Below, one piece after another: positions 11,962 through 24,171 of a stretch of DNA of 49,170 nucleotides. This DNA comes from Octopus bimaculoides (lineage: Eukaryota): contig NC_069007.1 in the NCBI RefSeq assembly GCF_001194135.2, positions 3,308,804 through 3,357,973 of the forward strand, read 5' to 3'. Every line of letters starts with the position of its first letter. Position 1 is the first letter of the stretch. A program made the translations under genes and the position numbers. Under the pieces are notes generated by a model. That model did no database searches and was not told the DNA's origin. It saw only the letters and a list, made by a program, of their open reading frames with translations.

Positions 11962-12760
11962 GTAAGATGATGATGATGATGCTAACAAATGAAATAAATT
12001 TATTCATGACTTTGCATCATTTGTCGTCTCTGTTAAGTGTAATACATGTATTTCACTACATGTGGCTCCCTCTAGTGAGGGCAGTTAATACAGAGAAACA
12101 AATTATCTCTTCACAACATGAGAAAGGATTAGAATTTTGAATTTGAAATTAAGGAATTACGAGGTAAATGTGCATAGAATTCACATAATTAGTGTCTTTT
12201 CTTTGTTTATTCACCACAAAGTTCACAATTTTTAATTGATGCTAATCATGTATTTCATTCTTTTTAGAAATCTTCAGCATGATATGGCCAAAAACTTATT
12301 AATTTTAAGAAATGAGACATTTCACAAAAGATGAAATTAATTACAACTTGGACGAAAATAATGAAATATATTTGTTTGTTTGCTTGTTTGTTTGTTTTTT
12401 TTACTTCATAGAAGATTAATAACTTAAAGAAAGGAAAGAAAAAAGAGACCATTCTTAGTGTTTACATCTAGAATAATAACTATTTGCAGGAGAGTTCTAC
12501 CTTGATTGCAGTGGTATGTATATGTATATATATACACATATACAAGACATTATAAAGAAGAATGGAGGATTATTACATCTTTTTTACTTGTTTCGGTCAT
12601 TTGACCACAGCCATGCTGGAGCACTGCCTGTAGTCGAACGAATTGACCTAGTACTTATTCTATTGGTATCTTTTGCCAAACCACTAAGTTACGGTGATGG
12701 AAACACACCAACATTGGTTGTCAAGCGATGGTGGGGAGGATAATACACAGACACACAAAC

Positions 12761-12821
<61 letters not shown>

Positions 12822-13193
12822 TGTACGATGGGCTTCTTTCAGGTTTCCGTCTACCAAATCCACTCATAAGGCTTTGGTTGACCTGAGGTTATAGTAGAAG
12901 ACACTTGCCCAAGGTGCCACATAGTGGAACTGATCCCAGAACCATGTGGTTGGGAAGCAAGCTTCTTGCCACACAGCTACGCCTGCGCCTATCTTCAAAA
13001 TTAGTTTATTACTGTATTATTCTCACTAAATTTTCATTAGATGATAATTAGATGATGATGTTGTTGATGATAATTAGATGATGATGATACTGAAGAAGAT
13101 GATGGTGACTACAACAATGATGATGGTGATGGTGATGATGATGATGATGATGCTGAAAATGATGAAGACGATCATGGTGGTTTTGATCATGAT

Positions 13194-13224
<31 letters not shown>

Positions 13225-13987
13225 GCAATATATTCTGATGAAGAAATGCATATATGTATATATACATGATTGTATGTGTGTGTATATATATATATATATA
13301 TGACTGTGTGCTTGACCATCATCACCACCACCATCATCATCATCATCATTATCATCGTCGTCATTGTCATCATTATGTGTGTGTTTGTGTATGCTTCAGT
13401 GAGTGCAACTGAGTGTGTGTGTGTATGTGTGTGTGTGTATGAATGTCAGATGCAAGTTTGTGTGTACATATATGTGTGTGAATGAATGTGTGTTTGTGTG
13501 TGAATGAAATTTTCGAATGAGTGGGAAGTTTTTGCACTGATGGTGGTGGTGGGGGGTGACCGGGTTGACGTAAACCTTGATTGAATCTCTCTCTCGAGAG
13601 AGAGTAGGTGGGAGCACTCGAATACGTCCGCATAATTTTTGCTTTATTCCATTTCCAATTATGATATTCATTCGTTTGTTTATTTATTTATTCATTTATT
13701 TAAATTTCTGCTGTAATTATGCCGTTCTTTAATTAATCCAGCCCATGGAATGAATTAGATAGCCATAGAAATCTCAATGTCAGAGAGAAGAGAGAAATGC
13801 AATGGGAAATGCTTCTCTTCAGAAGTTTGTGGCTGGCAAACAGCTTGCGCTTTTGGGGGTCACACAACGGAGGCATTCGGCCACACACACATGTGTGTGT
13901 GTGCACGCATAGAGATACGCATATGCGTAAAGCCGTAAACATTTATATACACGCTGTCATATACATATGCATAAAATCACACACACA

Positions 13988-14035
<48 letters not shown>

Positions 14036-14701
14036 CATACACATACCTGCACACACACATACATACACACAAATACTCACACATACACATGTACACACAC
14101 ATACACATGCACACACATATGCACATACACACACATAGACACATATAAACACACATACACACGTGCACACACATTATGTTCTGAGTTCAAATTCTGCCAC
14201 GGTCGACCTTGCCTTTCATCCATTCAGGGTCGATAAATTAAGTACCAGTGAAACACTGGGGTCAATATGATCAACTAGTCACCACCCAGCCAAATTTCAG
14301 GCCTTGTACCTATAATAGAAAACATTATTATTATTGTTGTTGTTGTTACTGCTATTCAGGCAATGAGCTGGCAAAATGCTTAGCAGCATTTCATCGTTCT
14401 GAGTTCAAATTCCGCCAAGGTCAACTTTGTCTTTCATCTTTTGGGGTCGATAAATTAAATACCAGTAAACCACTGGGGTTGATGTAATCAACTATCCCTC
14501 TCCCTCGAAATTGCTGGCCTTGTGCCCAAAATTGGAATCAGTATTTTCCTAGGGGCTTTTACCGTCGAGGGTCGATGGAGTTGAAGGTTTTTTTTTTATG
14601 TTTTTATTCTTTTTGGTTTTTTTCTTTGATATTTTTGTCTTTTTTCTTCCATTTTTTAAAAATTTCTTTTTTTTTGTTTTTCCGACCATGCCCACAACCA
14701 G

Positions 14702-14823
14702 GAGAGTCTGTTGTTGTCCGTCCTACCACAGCACATCGCCATGGAGATGAAGTCCGACATAACAGGACAACCAAAACACACAATGTTCCACAAGATTTAC
14801 CTGAAACGATATGACAGCGTCAG
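14702..14823 (+). CDS. ADCY5: ADCY5/6-like exon 4 ([41 protein letters not shown])
   Basis: ccag| ... AG|gtaag; 122 nt, phase 0-2; matches ERLLLSVLPRHVAMEMKAD...MFHKIYIQ. Confidence 0.96.
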
Positions 14824-16867
14824 GTAAGAAACAGAGAGAGGGAGAGAGAGAGAGAGAGAGGAGAATGTTCTTGTTGTTGTTATTGATGATGATGGTTGGG
14901 GCAATGAGGTTAGCGATGACAAGTGATGGTGGTGGTAGTGGTGATGCTGACAATGATGATGGTGGTTAGGTTAGTGATGATGATGGTGGTGGTGGTGGTG
15001 GTGGTGGTGGTAAGGTTAGTAATGACAATGGTGCTGATGATGATGATGATGTTGATATTGATGGTGGTGGTCATCATCATGGTCGTCGTAACGTTGATAA
15101 TGATGAGGAGAATTAGGAAGAGGAATAGTAGGAGGAGAATGGCTGCTGTTACTGGGTCGGTGAAGTCCAGACCTGTCCTCAGCTGTGGCTAGTCAGATTC
15201 CTGATTGCAGAGACCTATATTAAAGGCGTTCCAACCATGACCATCCCGATACATTATCTAATGTGTCCTTCTTTTTCTCAAGACAATAGGATGTTTCAAG
15301 GAAGATTTCACTGCTATTTCTTGCAGGTCATTCAACCTCTTACTTGCCTCAGTCGTTAGACTGTGGTCATGCTGGGGCACTGCCTTCAAGAATTTTAGTT
15401 GAAAATAACAATATCAGGAATGTGACATTTGCATTGCGAACGAGCAAGTTCTGATGAGTCTAACGAGACTTGAATTATAAATATTAATGATTAGATTAAT
15501 GAAAAATATGAGTGATATTATATATGTAGAGATAATTTGTAGTTCGTTATATAAATGCTAATTGAATTCATGGAACCCAATGCATAATAAATTCTGACAC
15601 AGTAAATTAATAATATTTAGAAACCAGGCAAGAATAAAATTCCTGGTAACTTTCAGCTTCAATATTTATTACACATAACGAAGATGGCAAACTGGTAGAT
15701 TCATTAAGATGCCAGGTGCTTAGTGGTATTTTACCCATTGCTACGTTCTGAGTTCAAATTCTGCTGAGGTCAGCTTTGTCTTTCATCCTTTCAGGGTTCA
15801 TAAATTAAGTACCAGTTGCATAGTGAGGTTGATCTAATCGACTGGCCCCCTCCCCTAAAATTTAGGGCCTGGTGCCTAGAGTAGAAAAGGATATTTATTA
15901 TACATAACGAAGATGGTAAGCTGGTAGAATCATTAACATAGGTGTAGGAGTGGCTGTGTGGTAAGTAGCTTGCTTACAAACCACATGGTTCCGGGTTCAG
16001 TCCCACTGTGTGGCACCTTGGGAAAGTGCCTTCTACTATAGCCTTGGGCCGACCAAAGCCTTGTGAGTGGATTTGGTAGATGGAAACTGAAAGAAGCCTG
16101 TCGTATATATTTAGATATATATATGTATATGTATGTGTGTGTATATGTTAGTGTGTCTGTGTTTGTCTCCCCAACATCGCTTGACAACCGATGCTAGTGT
16201 GTTTACGTCCCCGTAACTTAGCTGTTCGGCAAAAGAGACCAATAGAATAAGTACTAGGCTTACAAAGACTAAGTCCTGGGGGTCGATTTACTCGACTAAA
16301 GGTGGTGCTCCAGCATGGCCACAGTGAAATGACTGAAACAAGTAAAAGAGTAAAAGAGTATGCCTGATAAAATGTTTAGTGGTATGTTGCCTGTCTTTAC
16401 GTCCTGAGTTCAAATTTTGCTGAGGTCAATTTTGCCTTTCATCTTTTTGGGGGTCGATAAATTAAGTACCAGTTGAACACTGGGGTCGATGTAATTGACT
16501 AACTCCCACTCCACTGAACTTGCTGGCCTTGTGCCAAAATTTGAAACCAATATTATTTTTTGGCAACAAGCACGCAGAATTTTTAGCAGACTGAGTGAAA
16601 TGCTTAGTGGCATCTCATACATTGTTATGTTCTGAGTTTAAATTCCGTCAAGGTTGACTTTTTGAGTCAATCCCAATAGCCAAGGCTTGTCATATCATCC
16701 TCCGAAGACCTCTGCCAAGCAGCTCATTTTAAGATAGATACGCGAGTAAAATTACTAATAGAGAAACAAAAGTAAAACTTTGGAAACAGCAACGCCACCA
16801 TAGGTTACGCAGAAACGATGAACATGGTTTCTAGAGAGATAATCAAAGAAAGTAACATTGTAATACT

Positions 16868-17114
16868 TCATCATCATCGTCGTTGTTTAACATCCGCTTT
16901 CCATGCTAGCATGGGTTGGACGATTTGACTGAGGACTGGTGAACCAGATGGCTACATCAGGCTCCAATCTGATCTGGCAGAGTTTCTACAGCTGGATGTC
17001 CTTCCTAACGCCAACCACTCCAAGTGTGTAGTGGGTGCTTTTACGTGCCACCGGCACGAAGGCCAGTCAGGCGGTACTGGCAACGGCCACGCTCAAAATG
17101 GTGTATTTTACGTG
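16868..17114 (-). mobile_element. RTE 3'-UTR-derived repeat; other copies about 26078-26229(+), 26230-26440(-), 27637-27733(+), 35372-35566(-), 35590-35700(+)
   Basis: Shared CATCATCGTTTAACGTCC...CCATGCTAGCATGGG...GGATGCCCTTCCTAACGCCAACCAC sequence, matching the 3' UTR at 19853-20400. Confidence 0.85.
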
Positions 17115-17328
17115 AAGTAAATATAACAAATGAAAAATCCTTCAAGAATCCATAAAAATTCCCAGATCACTACCAAAATTTCATCATCTGTTCCTTGTGT
17201 CATTACCAACTTTTTATGCAAGTTTCATTAAATACCGTTCACAACTTTTTGAGTTATTTTGCACACAGACGGACAGACGGACAAACCAACGCCGATGAAA
17301 ACATAGCCTCCTTCCTCGGTGGAGGTAA
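17115..17328 (+). mobile_element. Helentron-associated (HINE/DINE-1-like) non-autonomous element
   Basis: Core AAGTTTCATTAAATACCG, (CAGA/CGGA)n, then GAAAACATAGCCTCC...GGAGGTAA terminal hairpin. Confidence 0.6.
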
Positions 17329-17339
17329 CAATAATAATA

Positions 17340-17555
17340 ATAATCCTTTCTACTCTAGGCACAAGGCCTGAAATTTGGGGGAGGGCGCCAGTAGATTACA
17401 TCGACCCCAGTACTTGACTGGTACTCAATTAGTCGATCCCGAAAGGATGAAAGATGAAATCGACCTCAGCAGAACTTGAACACGGAACCTAAAGACAGAC
17501 GAAATACTGCTAAGCATTTTTCCCGGCATGCTAACAATTCTGCAAGCTTGCTGCC
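17340..17555 (-). mobile_element. SINE family B; copies about 232-447(-), 785-915(+), 14175-14320(+), 14360-14540(+), 15680-15890(+), 16359-16550(+), 18635-18750(+), 37930-38125(+), 45055-45200(+)
   Basis: Recurrent CTGAGTTCAAATTC...GCCTTTCATCCTTTCGGGGTCGATAAATTAAGTACCAG core; resembles the Deu/Nin conserved SINE domain (from memory). Confidence 0.88.
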
Positions 17556-18495
17556 TCCTTCATGTCAATAATAATAAATAATAAATAACAACAACAACAA
17601 CACTAACATCAATAATAATAATAATAATAATAAGTAATTATCATTCGGAAATATCAGTCAAAGGCTGTTTGAATCTTGTTGAGTTTCCCAATTTCCACAA
17701 TATTGTCGGCGCTTTTCAGGTTCTTTTGTTTCGGCTTGTTTTGGGTTTCTTTTGTTCTGTTTTTATGGAATGGCGCGATGTTGGTTGGGATGAAACAAGG
17801 TGAAGTGTACTATAATGTGGCGCAGATCATCGCAGCGTTGTATGATGCAGTGCGACGCGCTTTGTTGCGACTTACAGTGACAATGCGTGATGTAACGCAG
17901 CTTGGTGCAGTGTGGGGCGGTGTGCTGTTCTACAGAGTTAACATAGCATTGTGTGGGTTAACATGTTATGGTGTGGTGCGGTGGTGCAGTTTTGTGTGGG
18001 GTAGTGAAGCACAATCTGTTCTTTATGCTTTATACCTGATATATTTGACCTAATCTTTATGTCTTAGTAAGAAACCTTTCAAACACAAAGCGAAAACAAA
18101 CACAAGAAAAACAAGAAAAGAAAATTTAAAAAAAAAAAAAGAAAGAAAAGAAGCACTTATTCTCTTTTGTGTTGTCTTTGACTTCTCAACCGATTCTTTG
18201 GTCTGCAAGTCTGGAAAAATCTCACTGTAATCATCACCAAGAGGCACTTACAAAAGAGGTTCTTCCGGTCATCTTGTATTAACTGACCAATGGCCAAAGG
18301 TGGTTGACATCTGTTCATTTTTCAAGTTCTTTTCATTTATGCATTGACCGGGTGTGTGGTGGGTGGGCGGTCAGCGGTGGCGGTAGTGATGGTGGTGGTG
18401 GTGAGAGTGGCAGCGGGAGCAGGTAGAAAGAGTAGGTCGTTTTTGTGTTTTGTCTATTTCTTCTTCACTCTTTGTCTAGTTATTTTTCTGTCTTG

Positions 18496-18530
<35 letters not shown>

Positions 18531-18588
18531 GCTACTACTGCTACTACTATTTCCATTATTCCATTTATCACAAGTGTTGTTGTTGTTC

Positions 18589-18636
<48 letters not shown>

Positions 18637-19852
18637 GAATTGTCAGAGCATCAGACAAAATGCTTGACGTTGTCTCTACAGTCTGAGTTCAAATCCAGCC
18701 AACACCATCTTTGCCTTTTATCCTCCCAGGGTCGATGAAATAAGAACCATTTCAATACCTGCCCCCACATACACCTCCCTCCGCAAAAAAAATTTCAGAC
18801 CTCGTGCATTAAAAAATTAAAAAAGACAATTGTTATTATTGTTGTTTTTGGTATATTTTNNNNNNNNNNNNNNNNNNNNNNNNNNNNNNNNNNNNNNNNN
18901 NNNNNNNNNNNNNNNNNNNNNNNNNNNNNNNNNNNNNNNNNNNNNNNNNNNNNNNNNNNNNNNNNNNNNNNNNNNNNNNNNNNNNNNNNNNNNNNNNNNN
19001 NNNNNNNNNNNNNNNNNNNNNNNNNNNNNNNNNNNNNNNNNNNNNNNNNNNNNNNNNNNNNNNNNNNNNNNNNNNNNNNNNNNNNNNNNNNNNNNNNNNN
19101 NNNNNNNNNNNNNNNNNNNNNNNNNNNNNNNNNNNNNNNNNNNNNNNNNNNNNNNNNNNNNNNNNNNNNNNNNNNNNNNNNNNNNNNNNNNNNNNNNNNN
19201 NNNNNNNNNNNNNNNNNNNNNNNNNNNNNNNNNNNNNNNNNNNNNNNNNNNNNNNNNNNNNNNNNNNNNNNNNNNNNNNNNNNNNNNNNNNNNNNNNNNN
19301 NNNNNNNNNNNNNNNNNNNNNNNNNNNNNNNNNNAGTGTTTATTGAGCGAAAACACCTAAAGCTCCACGAGGCTCCGGCAGGGGATGGTGGCGAACCCTG
19401 CTGTACTCTTCCACCACAACTTTCTCTCACCCTTACTTCCTGTTTCTCTTGTGCCAGTAATTCAAAGGGCCAGCCTTGTCACACTGTGTCACGCTGAATA
19501 TCCCCGAGAACTACTTTAAGGGTACACGTGTCTGTGGAGTGCTCAGCCACTTGCACGTTAATTTCACGAGCAGGCTGTTCCGTTGATCGGATCAACTGGA
19601 ACCCTCGACGTCGTAAGCGACGGAGTGCCAACAACAACAACGACAACTGCCTATGTTTATAGTATTTTCTTATAGCAGTGCTGTGGTTAATAAGTGACTT
19701 CTGATCTTAACTAATTGGGAGTAGCATTGGTTAATAATTGACTTCTGATCTTAACTAATTGGCAGTAGCATTTTTCAATCGAAGTCGGATGTAGAAGTTT
19801 CGTTGGACACAGTGTGAGGCAACTGTTGTTATCGTTAGGCCCAACAATAACA

Positions 19853-20660
19853 TCATCATCATTTAACGTCCGTTTTCCATGCTAGCATAGGTTGGACGGT
19901 TAGACTGGGGTCTGGGAAGCCAGGAGGCTGCACCAGGCTCCAGTCTGACCTGNNNNNNNNNNNNNNNNNNNNNNNNNNNNNNNNNNNNNNNNNNNNNNNN
20001 NNNNNNNNNNNNNNNNNNNNNNNNNNNNNNNNNNNNNNNNNNNNNNNNNNNNGGTCTGGGAAGCCAGGAGGCTGCACCAGGCTCCAGTCTGACCTGACAG
20101 TGGTTCTACAGCTGGATGCCCTTCCTAATGCCAACCACTCTGTGAATGTAGTGGGTGCTTTTTACGTGCCACCAGCACAGGGGCCAGAGGAGGCTGGCAA
20201 CGACCACGATCAGTTGGTGCTTTTTACATGTCACTGGCACGGAAGCCAGTCAAGGTGGCGCTGGCATCGGCCACGTTCGGATGGTGCTTTTTACGTGCCA
20301 CTGGCACGGGGATCACAACTACAATTTCCATTTGATTTTCATTTTGATGTTGATGTACTTGACTCAATAGGTCTCCTCAAGCACAGCAGGTCACCCTACA
20401 ATCCAAGGTACTTTTGAATGGGTTGGGGCTGGTTATGCGAAACTGGTGTTGGATACAGCCATGAACTCACTTTATTTACCGGGTCTTCACAGTCACAGCA
20501 TATCCCCAGAAGTCTTGGTCTTTCACCATTGCCTCTGTGAGGCCCAATGTTCGAAAGTCATGCTTCACCACCTCATCCCATGTCTTCCTGGGTCTACCTC
20601 TACCCTGGATTCCTTCAGCTGTTTGGGAGTGGCACTTCTTCACAGTAAATACCACCATGA
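19853..20660 (-). mobile_element. RTE-like LINE 3' end (ORF terminus, 3' UTR, (ATG)n tail)
   Basis: GIQGRGRPRKTWDEVVKHD...DQDFW at 20476-20658 followed by the dispersed GGATGCCCTTCCTAACGCC repeat; contains a gap. Confidence 0.8.
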
Positions 20661-21149
20661 TTGATATTCAAACTACAGTGGAAATGGCCAGCCAATGGAT
20701 TTGGTTAAAAAGAGACGATGAGCGATGGCTAGAAGAATATTAAGCTTTATTTGATAACCAGTTGGCCTCATATCAGTGGTGGTGGGGGCTGGTGCGCAAT
20801 AATGTCATCGAGAGGGAGGCCCCGAAACGGCGCACATTCTCTCCTGATGACCCCATACACTTGCTGGCTTCCAGTATGTGGAGCATTTGATTGGTAGCAC
20901 TTGTATGTGCAAGTTGTTTGCAAAACCTCGTATACATTGCTTTGTCTTGGTATAAAAAGATGGGCTGCAGCAAATATTCTGCTCAATACCACAGATTTGC
21001 TTGTCAGTTGTTTGACCTTAACCAGTTGAGCATGTCTCTCGGTGGCTGACAATATGTGCATCTCTGATCATGAGCAGAAGTAGTGGGGGAGCATCGTAGC
21101 CATGTGTTGAGAGGACTTCTTTGGGGTTTGAATAATTCCCCTTTGGAAT

Positions 21150-21378
21150 TATGATTTATTGTTTCTTGTCCATCTCCACATATTCTGCAGTTACTTGTTA
21201 TGTTTCTTTTCATTACATGTTTTTGGTAAATTCCGGTGGGGGGAGGCTTTGGTCTTGTGCAGCAATTAAAAATCCTTCAGTCTCTGCTTTGAGTCCTGAG
21301 CTTCTCAACCATTGCTGGGATTTTTCTCTGTCTATTTCTTTTGCTTTTAGTTTAGCCGTGAAGGGGCTTTTCTTGCCC
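21150..21378 (-). mobile_element. R4/Dong-like C-terminal fragment (Zn-knuckle region)
   Basis: KEIDREKSQQWLRSSGLKAETEGFLIAAQDQSL and CRICGDGQETINH motifs. Confidence 0.85.
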
Positions 21379-22847
21379 ATCATCATCATCATCATTATTA
21401 TTATTATTATTATTATTTATCTATTTATTTATTTATTCATCTATTTTTTTTCCTTAATATTGTTTGTCTCATTACTATTATTTATGTGAGAAATCATTAT
21501 TGTTCTCTCTGTCTGCCCTCCCTCTTTCACTCTGTTTCTCTCTCTCTCTCTCTCTGTTTCTTTCCCTATTGTTATTGTTGTTGTTGTTGTTGTCATCAGG
21601 CATAAAAGCTGTTCTATGTCATGAGAATGGTAAAAGTCCTCCTTATCCTGATTATCAGTATTGTTCCTACTACTACTACTACTACTCCAACTACCACCCC
21701 TACTACTATTGCTACTACTACTACTACTGCTGCTGCTGTTGTTATACTTGTCATTGTATTGTTCTGTGGAGATACCTGTAAAACGATAATTGCTTCATGG
21801 CTTTGTTGCCACCNNNNNNNNNNNNNNNNNNNNNNNNNNNNNNNNNNNNNNNNNNNNNNNNNNNNNNNNNNNNNNNNNNNNNNNNNNNNNNNNNNNNNNN
21901 NNNNNNNNNNNNNNNNNNNNNNNNNNNNNNNNNNNNNNNNNNNNNNNNNNNNNNNNNNNNNNNNNNNNNNNNNNNNNNNNNNNNNNNNNNNNNNNNNNNN
22001 NNNNNNNNNNNNNNNNNNNNNNNNNNNNNNNNNNNNNNNNNNACAATTAGGTTTACCTTTAGCAGATTGACAAACAACAACAATGACAACAACAAAATGC
22101 ATAATAAAAAATAGTGACAGCAACAACAACAACAACAAGACAACAGGGAGGGGGGGAAAGACAGCTTCTTGTTTCTTTTTACATTATTTTTATTCCTTTT
22201 TTATTCATTCTATGTTTCATTTATTTGCTTTTTTATTGTACTTTTATTTTACTTTTCTTTAATTTTTTTTTACCTCTGCCTCCTCCTCCTCTCCAACTCC
22301 ACCTCCTCCTCCTGCCAATTTGCTTTTGACAAACATTCTTTGTGTCTTCATTCTTTCAGTGTCTTTATTTCCACACAACACACACACATACACATACACA
22401 CATATACACACAATCATTCACTCATATAAGCATGCACACACACACACACACATGCATACATACACACTTCTGCACACGACACACACTCCCATACACACAC
22501 AGTCACATATTCCCATACACACATACACATGAACACACACACACACACTCGTGCACAAGTACTCACACATATGCACACACACACTCAGACTGAGATACAC
22601 ACACACATTTACACACATATGCATTTACACACTCTTATACACACACATTCGCACAAATACACCCATACACATGCACTCACTTATATACGCAAGCACATAC
22701 ATATGTACAAGCACACACACATACACATGCACACACACACTTGCGCACAGATACACATATACTCACACAAACACACACAGTTGCACATTTTTGCACAGAT
22801 GCACATACGAGCACACAAACAATCTTGTACACAGTCAGATGAATATA

Positions 22848-23515
22848 TTAGGTTGGCAACTAAGTTCCCGCCGTTTTTTTAATTTTAATTTTTCAAAATG
22901 TTTAATAAAAATTAACAACTAATTAATGAATAATGTATTCACCATTGCTGTTTACAACTTCTTCCCAACGTTCAACAAGATTTTCAATACCTCGTTGGTA
23001 GAAATCACCCGATCCAACCAAGCTCTCAATTCTGCATCATTATTGAATGAAACTCCGTGCATAGCATTTGAAAGAGATCGAAAGAGGTGGAAATCTGTTG
23101 GTGCCAAATCAGCAGAGTATGGCGGGTGTGGCAGCACTTCCCAGCCATGCGTTTGAATGGCTTCCTTGGTCATATTGGCGATATGAGGGCGGCCGTTGTC
23201 ATGCAGCAGAAGAACTCCATGCTGCCGATTAGGTCTTTTCTCTTGAATAGCCATGTTGAGTCGTTCCATCTGTTGAACATAGAGTTCTGCATTGACCGTT
23301 TGATTCCATTCAAGCAATTCGTAATGGATAATCCCTTCCCAGTCCCACCATACGCACAACATCATTTTACACAGATGAAAATCTTGTTTCATGCGTGGGG
23401 TCGCTTGTTTACCGGGGCTAAGCCATTCCTTACGCTGCTTCATATTGGTGTACAGACACCATTTTTCGTCGCCAGTAACAATTCGGTAAAGAAATCGTTA
23501 CTTGTGTCCATGAGT
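22848..23515 (-). mobile_element. Mariner transposon, 3' half
   Basis: TA + TTAGGTTGGCAACTAAG terminus; VTGDEKW, CVWWDWEGIIHYELL, HDNGRPH, YSADLAPTDFHLF motifs; 5' half missing. Confidence 0.93.
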
Positions 23516-23931
23516 TGAGCGGTGACGAGCAAGCAAACCAAGTTCAGTCCCACTGCATGGTACCTTGGGCAAGTGTCTTCTACCATAGCCTCGGGCCAAC
23601 CAAAGCCTTGTAAGTGGATTTAGTAGATGGCATATTACTTTGAGTATAAATACGGTTTTGGTTCACCCAGGCCTACAGTAGCAGGCACTGGCCCAAAGTG
23701 CCACACAGCGGGATTGAACCAAGTTCACACAGCTAGAAAGCATGCTTCTCGACCACAGTTGCACCTGTATATATACTATAATGTACTTGAAAAGAGCAGC
23801 CATTTTATCTCATCAAATTTTAGTCATTTTATGTTGTTTTATATCCTTTTCTTTTTTAACCTTTCTTTACTTTTTCTTCCCTTCCCTTCTCTCTCTCTCT
23901 CTATCTCTCTCTCTTTCTCCTTCTCCTTTAG

Positions 23932-24171
23932 CATCCTTTTTGCTGACATTTGTGGCTTCACGGAACTCTCCTCCGAGTGCACAGCCAAAGACTTGGTGCA
24001 GCTCCTCAACGAACTGTTTGCACGATTCGACCGCTTGGCCAACGAGAACCACTGTCTACGTATTAAAATCCTTGGAGACTGCTACTACTGTGTGAGTGGT
24101 TTACCAGAATCCAGACAGGACCATGCCCACTGCTGCGTTGAAATGGGACTAGATATGATTGATGCTATCGG
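23932..24171 (+). CDS. ADCY5: ADCY5/6-like exon 5: C1a catalytic core (ILFADICGF...[14 protein letters not shown]...DMIDAIG)
   Basis: Long CT tract + tag|; GG|gtaag; 240 nt, phase 2-2; both metal-binding Asp (FADI, LGDCY) present. Confidence 0.98.

Noticed and set aside
15451-15475. CTGATGA-GTC-taacga-GAC, hammerhead-like
   Set aside because: The required GAAA is missing (TTGAAT follows).
19909-20096. Identical 44-bp sequence on both sides of a gap
   Set aside because: Most likely an unmerged contig overlap rather than a real duplication.
20818-20855. GAAAC followed by CTGATGA, suggesting a type II hammerhead
   Set aside because: Stem II would need CCCC to pair with CCCC; cannot form.
6724-21378. 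Idea that the two R4/Dong fragments are one element split by the gene
   Set aside because: On the minus strand the C-terminal piece would have to lie below 6724, not at 21150.
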